Under the pieces are notes generated by a model. That model was given only the letters and a program-made list of their open reading frames with translations. It had not been told where the DNA came from and made no database searches. From a virus: 64,000 nucleotides of DNA. Position 1 is the first letter of the stretch, and every line of letters starts with the position of its first letter. Location of the stretch: positions 64,001-128,000 of the IMG/VR virus record IMGVR_UViG_3300029305_006221; one strand, written 5' to 3'. This document shows, piece after piece, positions 33,601 to 46,095 of this stretch. Both the position numbers and the translations under genes were made by a program.

Positions 33601-35592
33601 ATTACAAAAGATGGAGAGGAAGTAAAGGATGAGACCTTTATTTAGAATATCCTAACAAAGCAAGAAGGAGCCTATTATCAAATAGAGAATCCTTGGGGAT
33701 TAGGGCTAGAGTTAGAATATACCATTTATAAGATTAAATTAAATTTTATGATTTATCTTGATGGAAAACAAATTGGAGAGAATATTTAGTGGATTTATAT
33801 CTATTATAATACAAAAGGGGAAAATTCTATTCCTTATTTAGAACTAAGCTCTTCTAATGAAACAATAATGATTGATGAAAGCTTTAATCCTATTAATAGT
33901 TTTGTTAATTATTTTAATTATTATATCAATGAAGAAAAGCAAATAATAGATATTGAAAGGTTGTCAATTTCTCCCAAATCTAATGATACCTGGGCTTATG
34001 AATATAAAAAGCTGGGCAATGATCAAGTAATTTTCACATTGTTAGATTTTCCAAAATATAACGGTGCGGAATAGTTGTTTAATATAATATATACCCCTGA
34101 AACTGGAAATCCAGTAAGAGGAATGTTTACTTTAAGAGTAGCGTAGAAAGATTTTTAGTATTAGATACTTTTTAATGAACACCCTAATGGTATTATTGAT
34201 ACAACAAATTCAAAAGCAACTGATATCTTTTTAGAAACCATATCTATAAGTTTTAAAGATGATGAAAACATATAGCAGGTTTACACTACTCCCGATTCAT
34301 TACCAAGTGGGTATTAGTTATCTTACCTAAAAAATAATGAAGAAGAAGTTATTTTTACAGGAAATGAAGAATTTTCTGTAGAACTAGGATTAACAGATAC
34401 AGTAATATTTAATTTTAAAAAATTAGATACTTCTTATGGAAATTTAATAATTTTATCAAAAACATTAAGAAGTATTTTTAATGGATCAGAACTAACTACT
34501 TATAAGGCTTTTAATACTTTGACCAATAATGGAGAAAATACTGGTATCATTTATTTAGCTAAAAATCTTGTAACAGATGGGGGAGATTATGATATTGAAG
34601 ATATGAATGGATCAAAGTATCGATATGTTCAAGTATACCCTCGTCCTATTTTTGAAGATTTTGACGGGTCTAATAAATTCTCTACCATTCCAAATGATAT
34701 TGGAGGAATAGGTATTCTTTATAATGCAGATTCTGTTGAGCTTTTTATTAATGCAAGTATGATTAAAACTGGAATTCTTAATGCAGACCTGATTAGTGCA
34801 GGAGCAATAAAGATTGGAGATAAATTCTATGCTAATGCAGATAAAACAGCGATTGATCCAGAAGTAAAAATAGGTGGTTTTAAAGTTGCAGAGACCTATT
34901 TATATTCAGGAGAACGCACCAGTGTATGGGATACTCAAGCAGAGGGCGCATATTTTGGAACTAACGGAATTTCAGTTGGAAGTGGATCCTCTGGTATGAC
35001 TGCCTCTTTTGCAGTTGACACAACAGATAAAGGCATTGTTGGAGGATGGTATTTTACTGGATAGGGTTTTTAGACTAAAGATGTATATAATCAAACTTAT
35101 GCAAATTAGTCTAGCTCTATTGATGCATTTGGGCTTGGACCGGCGCCAAGCGATCAATCAAAAGGATATTATATTTTAAACGACGGAACTGCATTTTTAA
35201 AATATCTATTATTAGAAGAATATGCTGTAACAAGTTCTGATGAAAAATATAAAAATTCTATTTCTGCTAATTTAGAAAAATATTCTATTTTATTTGATTA
35301 GCTACAGCCAGTTAGTTATAAATATAATAAAGATGAATCATAGTAGACTCATTTTGGTTTTACAGTATAGAAAACACAATAGGCTTTCTCAAAAGCTAAC
35401 TTAAATTCATAGGACTTTGCTATTGTGCAATGTTCAAACGATATAAATGGTTTAGTGTATACTGAATTCATTGCACTTAATACCTATGAAATTTAGAAAC
35501 TTAAGAAATAGGTTTCTGAATTAGAAACTCAAAACAGCAAATTGGAAGAACGTATTGCTGCACTTGAAAAAATTATTATCAATTCTAATTAA
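30643..35592 (+). CDS. giant multidomain tail protein (distal tail, tail-associated or fibre type), 1649 aa with a short collagen-like G-x-y run and a C-terminal coiled coil
   Basis: AAAGGAGAG RBS, then ATG 30643. Frame 1 is continuous through ORF-track ORFs 30886, 31975, 32290, 32878, 33289, 33868 and 34519 via TAG only. GLPGAPGAPGEPGKA at about 32680-32725. Ends at TAA 35590-35592. Confidence 0.55.
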
Positions 35593-35680
35593 TTGATTTT
35601 AAATAAAAATAATATAATTATAGGAGTTAAGAAGTGCTATATTTCTTAACTCCTAGTATTGGAAGACAGGAGGATATATA

Positions 35681-36010
35681 ATGGTAATTCAAAAAAACCT
35701 GAACTTTGTTTCAAATACTACAATTCCTGTTTTATCAAAGACATTTATTAATGCTTCAGGAGACGTATTATCTTTAGAGATAAAGGGTAATGGAGTTATT
35801 TACATTGATGGGCGCCTATAGGATGACTCAGATTGGTTCTCAATTGCGGGAATCAATTTAAGTGATTTTTCAGTGTCTAAAGATGGATTCACTAAACCTG
35901 GACTTTATGAGATAGGCGTCATTGGCATTAGACAACTTCGCGCGCGTGTTGAGGCTGTTCAAGACAATGTCTCTGTTCATGGTTAGATAATCAGCTCGGA
36001 GGAAACTTGA
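35681..36010 (+). CDS. hypothetical tail protein, 109 aa with 2 TAG
   Basis: GGAGGA RBS, then ATG 35681. Ends at TGA 36008-36010. Confidence 0.45.
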
Positions 36011-36011
36011 T

Positions 36012-36896
36012 ATGGCGATAGATACGATTGCAAGAGGCTTAGCCACTTCTATTTATGGGCCAGACGGCAGAATTGCCGCAAATAAAATGCCTAAAGTTGA
36101 AATTACAGATACTACTGGATTCACTTCGATAGGTAAGTTAACAGATCCTAATTTAGTTGCTGGTAAAACCTCAGAGGAAATTTTATTAATGATGCTCTTT
36201 GGTATCGTAACGCCTGCGCTTAAGGCGCCTAGCGTGCGCCTCGTATTAAATGAAGAAATTTCTTATTTAATAGTTGGAGAAAAGAAGACTATTAATGGAG
36301 TTGTTTAGTTTGATCGAGGATCGATTGAACCAGCTTATGGCACATCTGGCAAGCGCGCAGGTCTTCCTACTTCTTATCAGGTAAATGAAAGTGCTTATTC
36401 ATCAAATGATTTATCACTTTCTTTTTCTATTGATATAATTCCCGTTCCTGGAGAGAATATTCTTTCTTACGCAGTATTTTATAACGCCGGAGAATAGCCT
36501 CTTAATAGTATTGGTTAGCCTTTTGAGGCGCCATTGCCTGCAGGAATGGTATCTGGATCAATTTCTGTTGATGGGGTTTATTAGCTTTATTCGGCCGACC
36601 ACGTCCCAATGAGTTTTAATTGGTTTGAAGATACTGATGGAGAAGGATATCAATCGATTTTCTTATCTGAAGGAAGCGGAACAAAGCAAGCTTTCGCGCT
36701 CGATTCAAGTGTTTCTGTTATAGGCTTTAAAGCTATTGATCCTATTACGAAAGAATGGATTTGGTTAGGCGGAGAAGGACCAGAAGTTTCACTATCTTTC
36801 TTTGATATTGCAGAAGACAAAGAAAAAAATCGTAAAATCTATACTCATAACTATTTTACAGTTGGAGAAAGAGAATTACGAATTTATGTAGCTTAA
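36012..36896 (+). CDS. hypothetical tail protein, 294 aa with 4 TAG
   Basis: Joins ORF-track ORFs 36012..36308 and 36609..36896 in frame 0. Confidence 0.5.
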
Positions 36897-36907
36897 GGAG
36901 GTAAAAT

Positions 36908-37453
36908 ATGGCTAGATATAAAGGTATTTTTAAGGCTGCCGCAAACTACGAGCCATAGATTGCTGCACCTTTTGATGCAAGAATGTTAGTTGATGCGAAA
37001 GCAGATCTAACAGATAGGAGCATTTGGCAATAGAGTAATGGAGATGTCTGGGTTTACTCAGGCATGATCGTAGCTGTTGCGAATGATGAAAATAGCGAAA
37101 ATAATGGCATTTATATGCTATTAAATAGCGCGCGCTTTGAAGAAGAGTCATCTTGGCGAAAGATGTCAGATGATAGTAGTATTGCCGCGCTTGATGCTGC
37201 TATTAAAGAATTACAAGAACAGATTAAGAATATTGAAATCTCTGGAGAAGGTAGTGTATCTATTGAAGTAGATACAATGGATGATCTTCCTAAAATTGGA
37301 GATAGCGATACTACTTATTATGTTAAAGAAAACTTAAGTATCCAAAGATGGAACGAAGCTACACAATCTTATTTAGCTTTTGGCGGATAGGGTAGCGCGC
37401 CTGAATTGGATATAAAAATTATTTACGGAGGAAATGCAAATGTCACAGATTAA
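36908..37453 (+). CDS. hypothetical tail protein, 181 aa with 3 TAG
   Basis: AAGGAGG RBS, then ATG 36908. Includes ORF-track ORF 37064..37390. Ends at TAA 37451-37453. Confidence 0.45.
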
Positions 37454-38786
37454 TACTAGAATTGTATTAAGAAATGATACCAAGGCGAATTGGGAAGCAG
37501 TCAAAGATACTGCTACTCTTAAACCTGGTGAGTTTGGTGTTGAGACCGATACTGGTTTATTCAAAATCGGTAAAGAAAAGTCTGAAGGGGTTCTTTGCAC
37601 TTGGGCAGAACTTGAGTATGCAAATGATATTCCTGAGATTGATCTTTCTGACGTAACCAACGATGTTCAAGTCGTTGAAGGCACTATTGACAATCTTGTT
37701 GCTGGCAAGGTTGTTGGAGATATGGGTATTGTTAAAACTCCTCTTTATGAAGGAGCTACAACTTATACCTACACAGCTTATGTATGGAATGGCGAAGCAT
37801 GGGCGGCAATGGATGGAAACTACAATGCAGCTAATGTTTATTTTGACCAAGATTTAACTTATACTACTTCCGTAGGTGCGCTTAAACTTGCAAGCGGAAA
37901 GAACTCTGATACTTATGCGGCTAAGGGTAAATCTTTAGAGGAAGTTATTAGACGTATTATGGCAGAGACTATTGCGCCTACAATTACCCAGGCTTCCTAT
38001 GGAATGAGCGCAAGCTACACTGCAGATAATGGCACTGAGGTTGGTAGTAAAATCACTGCTCTTAAGTGGGATGGTACATTTACAGATGGTAGCTATAGCT
38101 ATGGTAGATCTTCTACTGCAGATGGTGGCGCTGGCAATGTTTCTACAACAAAAGGTGCAGGATGTACTGCAACTTATTCAATGGAATGTGATCAAGCTGG
38201 AACTACATCAACCCCTGCTACAGTAGATGGAACTTGGACTCTTACAACTCCTTTCTAGATAACTTCTACTTCAGAAGCTACTGTTGGTAAGATTACAACT
38301 CATTGTGTTATTAGTGATGCTAAATATTGGCCTATTAATAATATAAATGAAGTTGTCGATGGTAAGCTTAGTGGCAAGACTGTTGATAAGGAAAGCACTG
38401 TTAAAGTTACTGGATTCCGTGGATGGTTCTGCGGCTGGAAGAATGGAACAAACGCACTTGCTGATCCTACTGCTATTACAAGTGATCAAGTTCGTGCACT
38501 TACTAAGAAAAATGGCTCTTGGGAGAGCTCAATGAATGTATCACAAATGAAACAGATGTTCTTCTTGGCGCCTGCTGGTAAGGGTTATAAACCTGCTATT
38601 AAAGACTCTAAGACAGACGCGCCTCAGACAGTTGAAGGACCTGTTACAGTATATGTAAAGGGTGCTAATAACTATGTAGCTGCAGGTGATGAGACCACTA
38701 ATGGCGGTATGGCTTATGATATGTGGTATGTAAACAACGCAGCTGCTGCTTCTGGTAGCGCTACGCTTAATATAACAAAGGCTTAA
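37434..38786 (+). CDS. tail fibre protein with a HylP/tail-fibre-type N-terminal domain, 450 aa with 1 TAG
   Basis: N-terminus MSQINTRIVLRNDTKANWEAVKDTATLKPGEFGVETDTGLFKIGKE. ORF-track ORFs 37434..38258 and 38532..38786 are joined in frame 0. Confidence 0.6.
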
Positions 38787-38799
38787 GGAGGAATAAATA

Positions 38800-41691
38800 A
38801 TGTCGATTAGAGATGATTTTTTTGCGGCTCAAGCTAAGGCTTCTTTATGGGACGTAGCCGTCTCGATAAAGAGAGGTAATCCGCTTCCTCTTGATGCGAA
38901 TTCGGTATTCAAGGCTTACGGAACAGTAGGCGGAGCAGATTACGCTGGTTCATTACTTGAATATGTAACCGATAATCCTGTTGCTTATCCTGGTCAGATT
39001 TGCGCAGTTGTAGGAGCAGACGCTACTACTATTTATTACTTAGACCAAAATCTTGCTATTCAACCCGTTGGAATTATTCCTACTGGCGATGGTAAATCTA
39101 TTGATGTTGCTGAGGGTGGAGAAATTTCTCTTCATGGTTTTGGCGATTTAACCGCTTCTCACGTTGGATACCTTCCTCGTGTAAAGAAAGTTGTAGATGT
39201 AGCTGCGGCTGAGGATGTTGAAGAGGTATTTCATCTTGAAATTGAATGGGCGCCTGTTTCCGCGATCGTTGAAGGTGATGGTAATAGCGTAACTGAGGTT
39301 GCTGCTGGTTGCCCTTGCATTAACGTTGAAGATAAGGCAGAGGAAGATTTTGAAGGTCATAAATATGAAATTTCTCTTAACCTTTCTGCCGAAGAAGGCA
39401 ATATCCTTAAGGAAAAAGAAGACGGACTTTATGCAGAGGTTATTATTCCTGATGTCCCTGAGTATGCTGTAAAAGCAGATGAAAGAGCTGAAGGCGCGAC
39501 TGAAACTACTTATCACTTAACAAAAGACGGTACCAATGTTGATGTTGCAATTGTAGTTCCTGATGCTTATAATGATGAGGCGCTTGCAGGACGCGTTGGC
39601 GCACTTGAAGGAAAAGTAGATACTGGCGATAAGAAAGTTAGTGTTTATGTTGCTGAGCAAATTGCAAATGCAGAAGTCGGTAAATTAACAAAGATTATTA
39701 TTGATTCTGTTACTGAAGATGGCAAGGTAGTAATTGATGGAGAGACAACTGACCCTATTGAGCATATTATCTATATGCTTAAGGTTGAATCTGCTACTGG
39801 CGACATGTATAAGGAATACATGGTTATTGGCGGAGAGCTTGTTCAAACTGGCGACACAACTACAGATTTAAGCGGATATGTTACTAAGACTACTAAGATT
39901 AATGGTAAGGCGCTTGAAAGTGATATTACACTTGAATCTGATGATATTAACGTTTCAGAAAATGCTGAAACTCCAAATGCATTTGAAGGCTAGACACTTA
40001 CACAAGCTCTTAATTCTCTTTCTGAGACTGCCAATACGGCAAATAGCAAAACTGCTGAAGATATTATTGTTGAGACTGAGTCTAATGGAACTATAAAAGA
40101 TGCGATTGTTGCATTAAAAAATTCTACTATTAATGGAAAAACATTTAACGATAATCTTGGTATCGGCTCCATTTGGAGTGAAGATTAGACTAATGGAGTA
40201 ATTCTTTACGGAACGGATATTACAGTTGACGAAAACAATGATACTCGTACTATTGCAAAAGCTATCGAAGATGCAGAAGGAGCCGTTGAAACTTTAGCAA
40301 CAAATGTTGAAAGAGACTATGCCAAGAAAGCGACTACTCTGGCTGGTTATGGTATAACAGATGCTTATACTAAAACTGAAATTGATAATAAGATCGGTAC
40401 TCCTGGAGTTCCTGAGCTTAAAGATGGTGAAGGCAATACTACTCAAGAAGCTGTAGATGGTACAGGTATCTTTGCTTCTGCGTACTCTAAAGCAGAAGTT
40501 AATGCATTGCTTGATGCAGTAAGCGGAGGATCTTCTGAAACTGCCGCATCTGTTAAGAGACAATTGGATGAATATAAGACATCTAATAATGAACGCGTTT
40601 CGAATATTGAAAACCAGGTTGGTCATGATGTAAATGGTGAAACTCCTGCAACAGGACTCTTCCTTGAAGTAGATCAGGCGCGCGCTCAGGCTGATACAGC
40701 GCTTAATAATGCGCAAGCTGCTAACCAAGCAGTAACTCAACTTGCTGAAGGTCAGGTTGCAACAAATAAGTCCAATATTGAAAATCTTCAGGCACTTGTC
40801 GGTGCAATTGGAGACGGAAAAGATACCACTCTCGCAGGAAAGATTGGCGCCCTTGAGGCACACGATCAAGCTCATACTGCAGAATTTAATCTTCTTTCTG
40901 GTAAGGTAAATCAAAATAGTGAGGACATTGGTAAGAGAGCTCTTGCAGATAATGTTTATACAAAGGGTGAAGTTGATGCTAAACTTGTTCCTCTTGCACT
41001 TGCGGCAAATGTATATAGCAAGACTGACGCAGATGATAAGTTCCTTGCAAAAGCTGACGCGTATGATGATACTGCAGTTAGAGGTTTAATTACAGCTGAA
41101 GAAAACCGTGCTAAGGGAGAAGAAAATAAGCTTCAATTAGCAATAGATCATATCTATAAGGCTGGAAATGAAGAGCTTGGAACTCAAGATGAAGGTCTTC
41201 TTGCAACTGCTATTGACGATATTAAACAAAATAGTGCAAATATTACTACGCTTGTTGGCGCCGATCAAGCAAAATCAGTAAGAACAATTGCTCAAGAAGA
41301 GATTGCTTCTCAACTTGCAACAGCACCTGAAGCATTCGATACTCTACTTGAAATGGCGGAATGGCTCGGCACTCATAGCACAGATGCAGTTAATATGGAT
41401 AACCGTATTAAGGCTAATGAGGATAAGCTCGTTGGTATCGGCGGAGAAGATTAGCCTGCTACCGTACTCGATGCCATTAGAGCTGCTGAGTACACTCTTC
41501 CCGTAGCAACAGCTGAAGCACTTGGTGGTATCAAGTCTGCGGCTGATGTTGATGGCGTAGCAGTTGTTAATACGGTTTATGTAGCTAACGACGGTAAGGC
41601 AGATGTTAAGGCAATTAGTACTGATATTCTTGTTAACGGCGAGGCTGAACTCGTCCTTAATGGTGGTAATGCAGCAGGCGCAACAGCTTGA
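38800..41691 (+). CDS. long fibrous tail fibre protein, 963 aa with 3 TAG. Extended coiled-coil and Ala-rich regions
   Basis: AAGGAGG RBS, then ATG 38800. ORF-track ORFs 38800..39993 and 40507..41454 are joined in frame 1. Ends at TGA 41689-41691. Confidence 0.6.
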
Positions 41692-41794
41692 TTGTAAACA
41701 CCTAATATAAACAATAACAGGCGCCTTTGGGCAACCCTGGGCGCCTGATAACCATAAATTAAAAAATTTTAATTACGAAAAGGAGAAAATTATT

Positions 41795-43693
41795 ATGGCA
41801 TTTGCTGATAATATTCTTAATGTAAGACTTCAACTTAAGTATGACTCTCTTGAAAATTGGGCAAGAGAAAATCCCCTTCTTAAAGCCGGTGAGGTTGCGA
41901 TTGCATATCTTCCTCCTAAGGGCAATGGAGAAGCTCCTGCTGCTACTTCTGAAGCAGTATTAATGAAGGTTGGTCCTGGTAACTTTAACAGTCTTCCTTT
42001 CACAAGCGCTCTTGCAGCTGATGTTTATGGATGGGCTAAGGAGAACGAACTTAAGTTCTCTAAAGCAGGCACAGGTAATGTTGTTTCTGGCATCGAATGG
42101 GACGCTACTCTTAATGGAAACAAGGGTGGTATTAAATTTACGACTGCTTCTGTTGCAACCTCTGAAGGATTAGAAGAAGTTCAAAATGATATCGCTGCAA
42201 TTGAAAAAGATATTTCTGATAATCGCGCAGCTTGGGCAAAGGATGATAATACAACTTATACTTTTGCTAAATCTGCAGATGGCAAGGGAATTACAATTAC
42301 TCCTTCTGAAGGTAATGGTTCTACAATTTCTTTTGCTTTCTTAACGCAAGCAGAAATTGAAGCTCTTAATTATCTTGTAAAAGCAGATATTACAACCGGT
42401 AGTGCTAATGGTACAATCGCTGTTGAAGGTGCTGATGTTGCAGTTAAGGGTCTCCAGGACGCTGCTTATACCACAGTATCTGCGCTTAATGCAACAGCTA
42501 AGGGATATGCTGATGCAGTTGAAGCTAAGATTCCTACCGAACTTGGCGTTATGTCTGTTGCTGAAGGTAATGATACAATCACTATTGGTGGTACAGCTGC
42601 TAATCCCACTATTGTGGTAACAGCGAATAAGTTTGATGCATACGGTGCAGCAGCGGCAGTTCAAACTGGTGTTGAAAATGGAACAGTTAAAGCTAAAGTT
42701 GCAGAAACGGCAGATAAAGTTGCCAACTCTTTAACTGTAGGTAGTAAAACTTATAATGGTTCTGAAGCAATTTCAATTACTGCAGCAGACCTTGGCTTAT
42801 CCAATGCTCTTCACTTTGTTGGCACATCTTATCCTTCAAACCCTGTCGCAGGTGATGTAGTTCTTGATGGTAATAAGGAATATGTTTATGATGGCTCTAA
42901 GTGGATTGAACTTGGAGATGAAAGTAGTCATGCTTTGAATACCATCACTATCACTGGAACAGATGGTCTTGAAGGCGGAGGTAATCTTACTGAAAATAGA
43001 ACTTTAAAAATTGCGGATAGCGGTGTAACTACTGTTAAGATTGCAAATGATGCAGTAACCGCTGATAAACTCGCCGATGCTATTAATACAGATATCGCCA
43101 AAGGTGTAACTGCTCATGGCTGGGGTAACCATGCCAATGCAGGTTATGCTAAGACTGCTGATCTTGGTGATCTTGCAACTCTTGATACAATTACTTCTGA
43201 AAAAGTAACTGATTTTGAAAATGCCGTCAACAACACTAACATAGGCGGAACTAATGAGGGTGTAACTGTTGCTAGCGGCCTTAACAATGCTCTTGACAGA
43301 GTTACTACTCTTGAAAGCAACAAGGTTGATAAGACAACTACTGTAAACGGTAAGGCACTTTCTGAGAGCATAAATATTTATGCAGAAAATATTCATGTTG
43401 AGTCTGATTCAGTTATGGATAGAGGCGTTACAGTTTATGACTCTCTTGAGGCAATTGCTAAAACAACGATTAATGGTGAAACAATTCTTGAAAACTTTAG
43501 TGCTGGTGATTATGCTACATCTAGACAGTTTGTTCTTAATGGTGAAACTCTTAAGATGTCTGGAACAGATACAACAACTCTTAATGCGGCAATTACTGCT
43601 CGTCAGACAGAGGCTCAGGTTAATGCTCTTATCGAGGCAGCACTTGGCGCAATTACAACAATTAACTGTGGTTCTTCTACAGAGGTTATATAA
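41795..43693 (+). CDS. tail fibre protein with a HylP-type N-terminal domain, 632 aa with no TAG
   Basis: Intact ORF. N-terminus MAFADNILNVRLQLKYDSLENWARENPLLKAGEVAIAY. Confidence 0.6.
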   Translation: MAFADNILNVRLQLKYDSLENWARENPLLKAGEVAIAYLPPKGNGEAPAATSEAVLMKVGPGNFNSLPFTSALAADVYGWAKENELKFSKAGTGNVVSGIEWDATLNGNKGGIKFTTASVATSEGLEEVQNDIAAIEKDISDNRAAWAKDDNTTYTFAKSADGKGITITPSEGNGSTISFAFLTQAEIEALNYLVKADITTGSANGTIAVEGADVAVKGLQDAAYTTVSALNATAKGYADAVEAKIPTELGVMSVAEGNDTITIGGTAANPTIVVTANKFDAYGAAAAVQTGVENGTVKAKVAETADKVANSLTVGSKTYNGSEAISITAADLGLSNALHFVGTSYPSNPVAGDVVLDGNKEYVYDGSKWIELGDESSHALNTITITGTDGLEGGGNLTENRTLKIADSGVTTVKIANDAVTADKLADAINTDIAKGVTAHGWGNHANAGYAKTADLGDLATLDTITSEKVTDFENAVNNTNIGGTNEGVTVASGLNNALDRVTTLESNKVDKTTTVNGKALSESINIYAENIHVESDSVMDRGVTVYDSLEAIAKTTINGETILENFSAGDYATSRQFVLNGETLKMSGTDTTTLNAAITARQTEAQVNALIEAALGAITTINCGSSTEVI

Positions 43694-43706
43694 TTAAATA
43701 CACATA

Positions 43707-43736
43707 AGGGTGGGTAATTCTACCCACCCTCTTTTA
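43707..43736 (+). terminator. rho-independent terminator
   Basis: AGGGTGGGTA-attc-TACCCACCCT then CTTTT. Confidence 0.7.
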
Positions 43737-43800
43737 AAAGCCACTTGAGTTTGAAAGTGATAACTCAAGAATTTAATACTTGAAAAGGAGATAGTATATT

Positions 43801-44589
43801 ATGGCTACAACTGAAGCATTAAAATTTCGTATTGTGCATAAGCACGATACCGAAGAGAATTGGCTTAAAGCCACAAACTTTATCCCTAAGCAGGGAGAAA
43901 TAATTATTTATGATATTGACGCGAATTACAATTATGAGCGTTTTAAAATAGGTGATGGCACTAGTAATGTAAATGCATTGCCTTTTGCTAATAATGGTTC
44001 TAGTGAAACTACAGAAATATATGGAGACGCTCCAAATCTTCCTCTTTTAGATGAGCAAACTTATGACCAAGCTTGTATTGTTCCATTAAAAATTAGGGTT
44101 AAAAACAATACTATTAATTATAGCGGTACTGGAAATCTTCCTTATTACCAGTATTTTGATAGAACTTTAGAAGTACCCGCATACACTATGGAAGGAACCT
44201 TTTACTCAGAGACCTTTACCGTTAGTAATTATTCTGGAGGAATGGAAGATACGACTACTTATACTGTTAGTATAACTTTTAATAGAGGAAATTGGACGAT
44301 TAATAATGATTCTAATGGTATAATTACCTTTTTAATGGATGAAGAATTAACAACGGTAGGCGCAGGTAGGGCGCTAAGAGAAACATCCGATAGATTTAGT
44401 GTTACGACAGCATGGGATGGATCAAATGATGTTCCAGCTATTAAGGTAGGTAATACAGTTCTTACCGAAACAAAACTTAGTCAATTAATTGCGTACATTG
44501 ATGGTTTAGCAAGCGGTGATCCTGCAGTAGTTGAACCTATTGCGCAGAACTATCTTGACACGACAGTAGCAGAGGAGGCGACTTGGTAA
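43801..44589 (+). CDS. tail fibre or receptor-binding protein with a HylP-type N-terminal domain, 262 aa with no TAG
   Basis: Intact ORF. N-terminus MATTEALKFRIVHKHDTEENWLKATNFIPKQGEIIIYDID. Confidence 0.55.
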   Translation: MATTEALKFRIVHKHDTEENWLKATNFIPKQGEIIIYDIDANYNYERFKIGDGTSNVNALPFANNGSSETTEIYGDAPNLPLLDEQTYDQACIVPLKIRVKNNTINYSGTGNLPYYQYFDRTLEVPAYTMEGTFYSETFTVSNYSGGMEDTTTYTVSITFNRGNWTINNDSNGIITFLMDEELTTVGAGRALRETSDRFSVTTAWDGSNDVPAIKVGNTVLTETKLSQLIAYIDGLASGDPAVVEPIAQNYLDTTVAEEATW

Positions 44590-45689
44590 TGGGATTTAAT
44601 GAAAAAATGACTACATTAGCAGATGAAGTGAGAACGCTAAGTGGCGCTACTGAGGAAAAGAGTCTTGATGATTTAATATCTGATACTACTGCGGCTAATA
44701 GTGAGGTTGATGCGCAGACCGAGTTAATTGAACAGATTATGACTGCGCTTGATGGTAAGGCTGGCGGCTCAGGAGGAACAGTTCTTCCTACTCTTGATAA
44801 TCCTGCAAGTGCTACAGACATTCTTAGTGGAAAAGAAGCTATTGATGGTGAAGGTAATAAGATTACTGGTTCAATTGCTACTAAAACATCAAGTGATTTA
44901 ACTGCAAGCGGTTCTACGGTTACGGTTCCCGCAGGATATTATGCAAGTAACGCAAGTAAGTCTGTAGCTACTGTTACTCAAGCAACTCCTACAGTGTCGG
45001 TTAGCGCCAGTGGTTTAATTACAGCAAGTGCCACACAGAGCGCGGGATATGTAGCTTCAGGAACTAAGAGTGGAACTAAACAATTGACCACTAAAACAGC
45101 GACCACTTATACTCCTACTACTTCGAATCAAACAATATCAAGTGGAATTTATTTAACTGGCACTCAGACTATTAAAGGCGATGCAAATCTTAAAGCTGAA
45201 AATATTGCTTCTGGAGTTAGCATTTTTGGAGTAGCTGGAACTCATAGCGGAAGTGAAAATCTTGATACTGAATTAACTGAACAAGAAAGTTTAATTTCAG
45301 AGTTAAGCACTATCTTAGATAGTAAAGCAAGCGGAGGCTCTGGTGGAGGGAGCATAGAGACTTGCACTGTAACTATAAGCAGCAATTCATCATTTAATGG
45401 TATTTGGATTATATTTTATAATTCTTTAGAAAATAATTCCATTATAGGAAAAAAAAGTGACTTCCTTCTTAATTCTACATCTACAATAACTGTTAATGCG
45501 CTACAAGGCTCTGTAATTACCATAGTTGCTTTCGACATAGGGGTTTTTAACGACTATGGTATGAGTAATTGTAGTGTTTCCAATGGAGGCAATTTGTTAC
45601 ATGTGATGCAAGATTCTGTAAATATTGTAAATGTCGGTCTTGTAATCCAACTACCAAATGAAAACGATTGTACTATAACCTGTAGTTAA
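44583..45689 (+). CDS. receptor-binding-protein paralogue A, 368 aa with no TAG. Contains GGSGG linkers
   Basis: Intact ORF. The module ATQATPTVSVSASGLITASATQSAGYVASGTKSGTKQL...TIKGDANL is paralogous to the 46096..47151 gene. Confidence 0.5.
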   Translation: MVMGFNEKMTTLADEVRTLSGATEEKSLDDLISDTTAANSEVDAQTELIEQIMTALDGKAGGSGGTVLPTLDNPASATDILSGKEAIDGEGNKITGSIATKTSSDLTASGSTVTVPAGYYASNASKSVATVTQATPTVSVSASGLITASATQSAGYVASGTKSGTKQLTTKTATTYTPTTSNQTISSGIYLTGTQTIKGDANLKAENIASGVSIFGVAGTHSGSENLDTELTEQESLISELSTILDSKASGGSGGGSIETCTVTISSNSSFNGIWIIFYNSLENNSIIGKKSDFLLNSTSTITVNALQGSVITIVAFDIGVFNDYGMSNCSVSNGGNLLHVMQDSVNIVNVGLVIQLPNENDCTITCS

Positions 45690-45707
45690 TAAGGAGGTAA
45701 ATAAATA

Positions 45708-46076
45708 ATGTCAAATAAAACAAGATTACAAACAAATAACACCAACCTCCAAGCACTTATAGATAAGGCAAACGCACTTCCTGATGCTGGCGGAGGTTCT
45801 GGCGGAGGAGGAGACTTGGAAACTTGTACTCTTACATTATCCAGTATGGGCGTACCCACGGGCGACGAAATAGTTTATTATATAGATGACACTTTAACGC
45901 TTCAACAATCTAGTTTTCCCGCCTTTAGACAGAGTAAATCTGTAATCGTTATGAAAAATAGTATAATTTTTGTTGAATATGCGTCTGAGATCTCTGGAAG
46001 CATCGCTTCAATTGGTACTGGTACAAGTCATCAAGGATTTTTTATTTCGGGTGATGCAACTTTATCGAAAGGATAA
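45708..46076 (+). CDS. receptor-binding-protein paralogue B (short), 122 aa with no TAG
   Basis: N-terminus MSNKTRLQTNNTNLQALIDKANALPDAGGGSGGGG resembles the N-terminus of 46096..47151. Confidence 0.5.
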   Translation: MSNKTRLQTNNTNLQALIDKANALPDAGGGSGGGGDLETCTLTLSSMGVPTGDEIVYYIDDTLTLQQSSFPAFRQSKSVIVMKNSIIFVEYASEISGSIASIGTGTSHQGFFISGDATLSKG

Positions 46077-46095
46077 TGTAAAGGGGGATTAACAA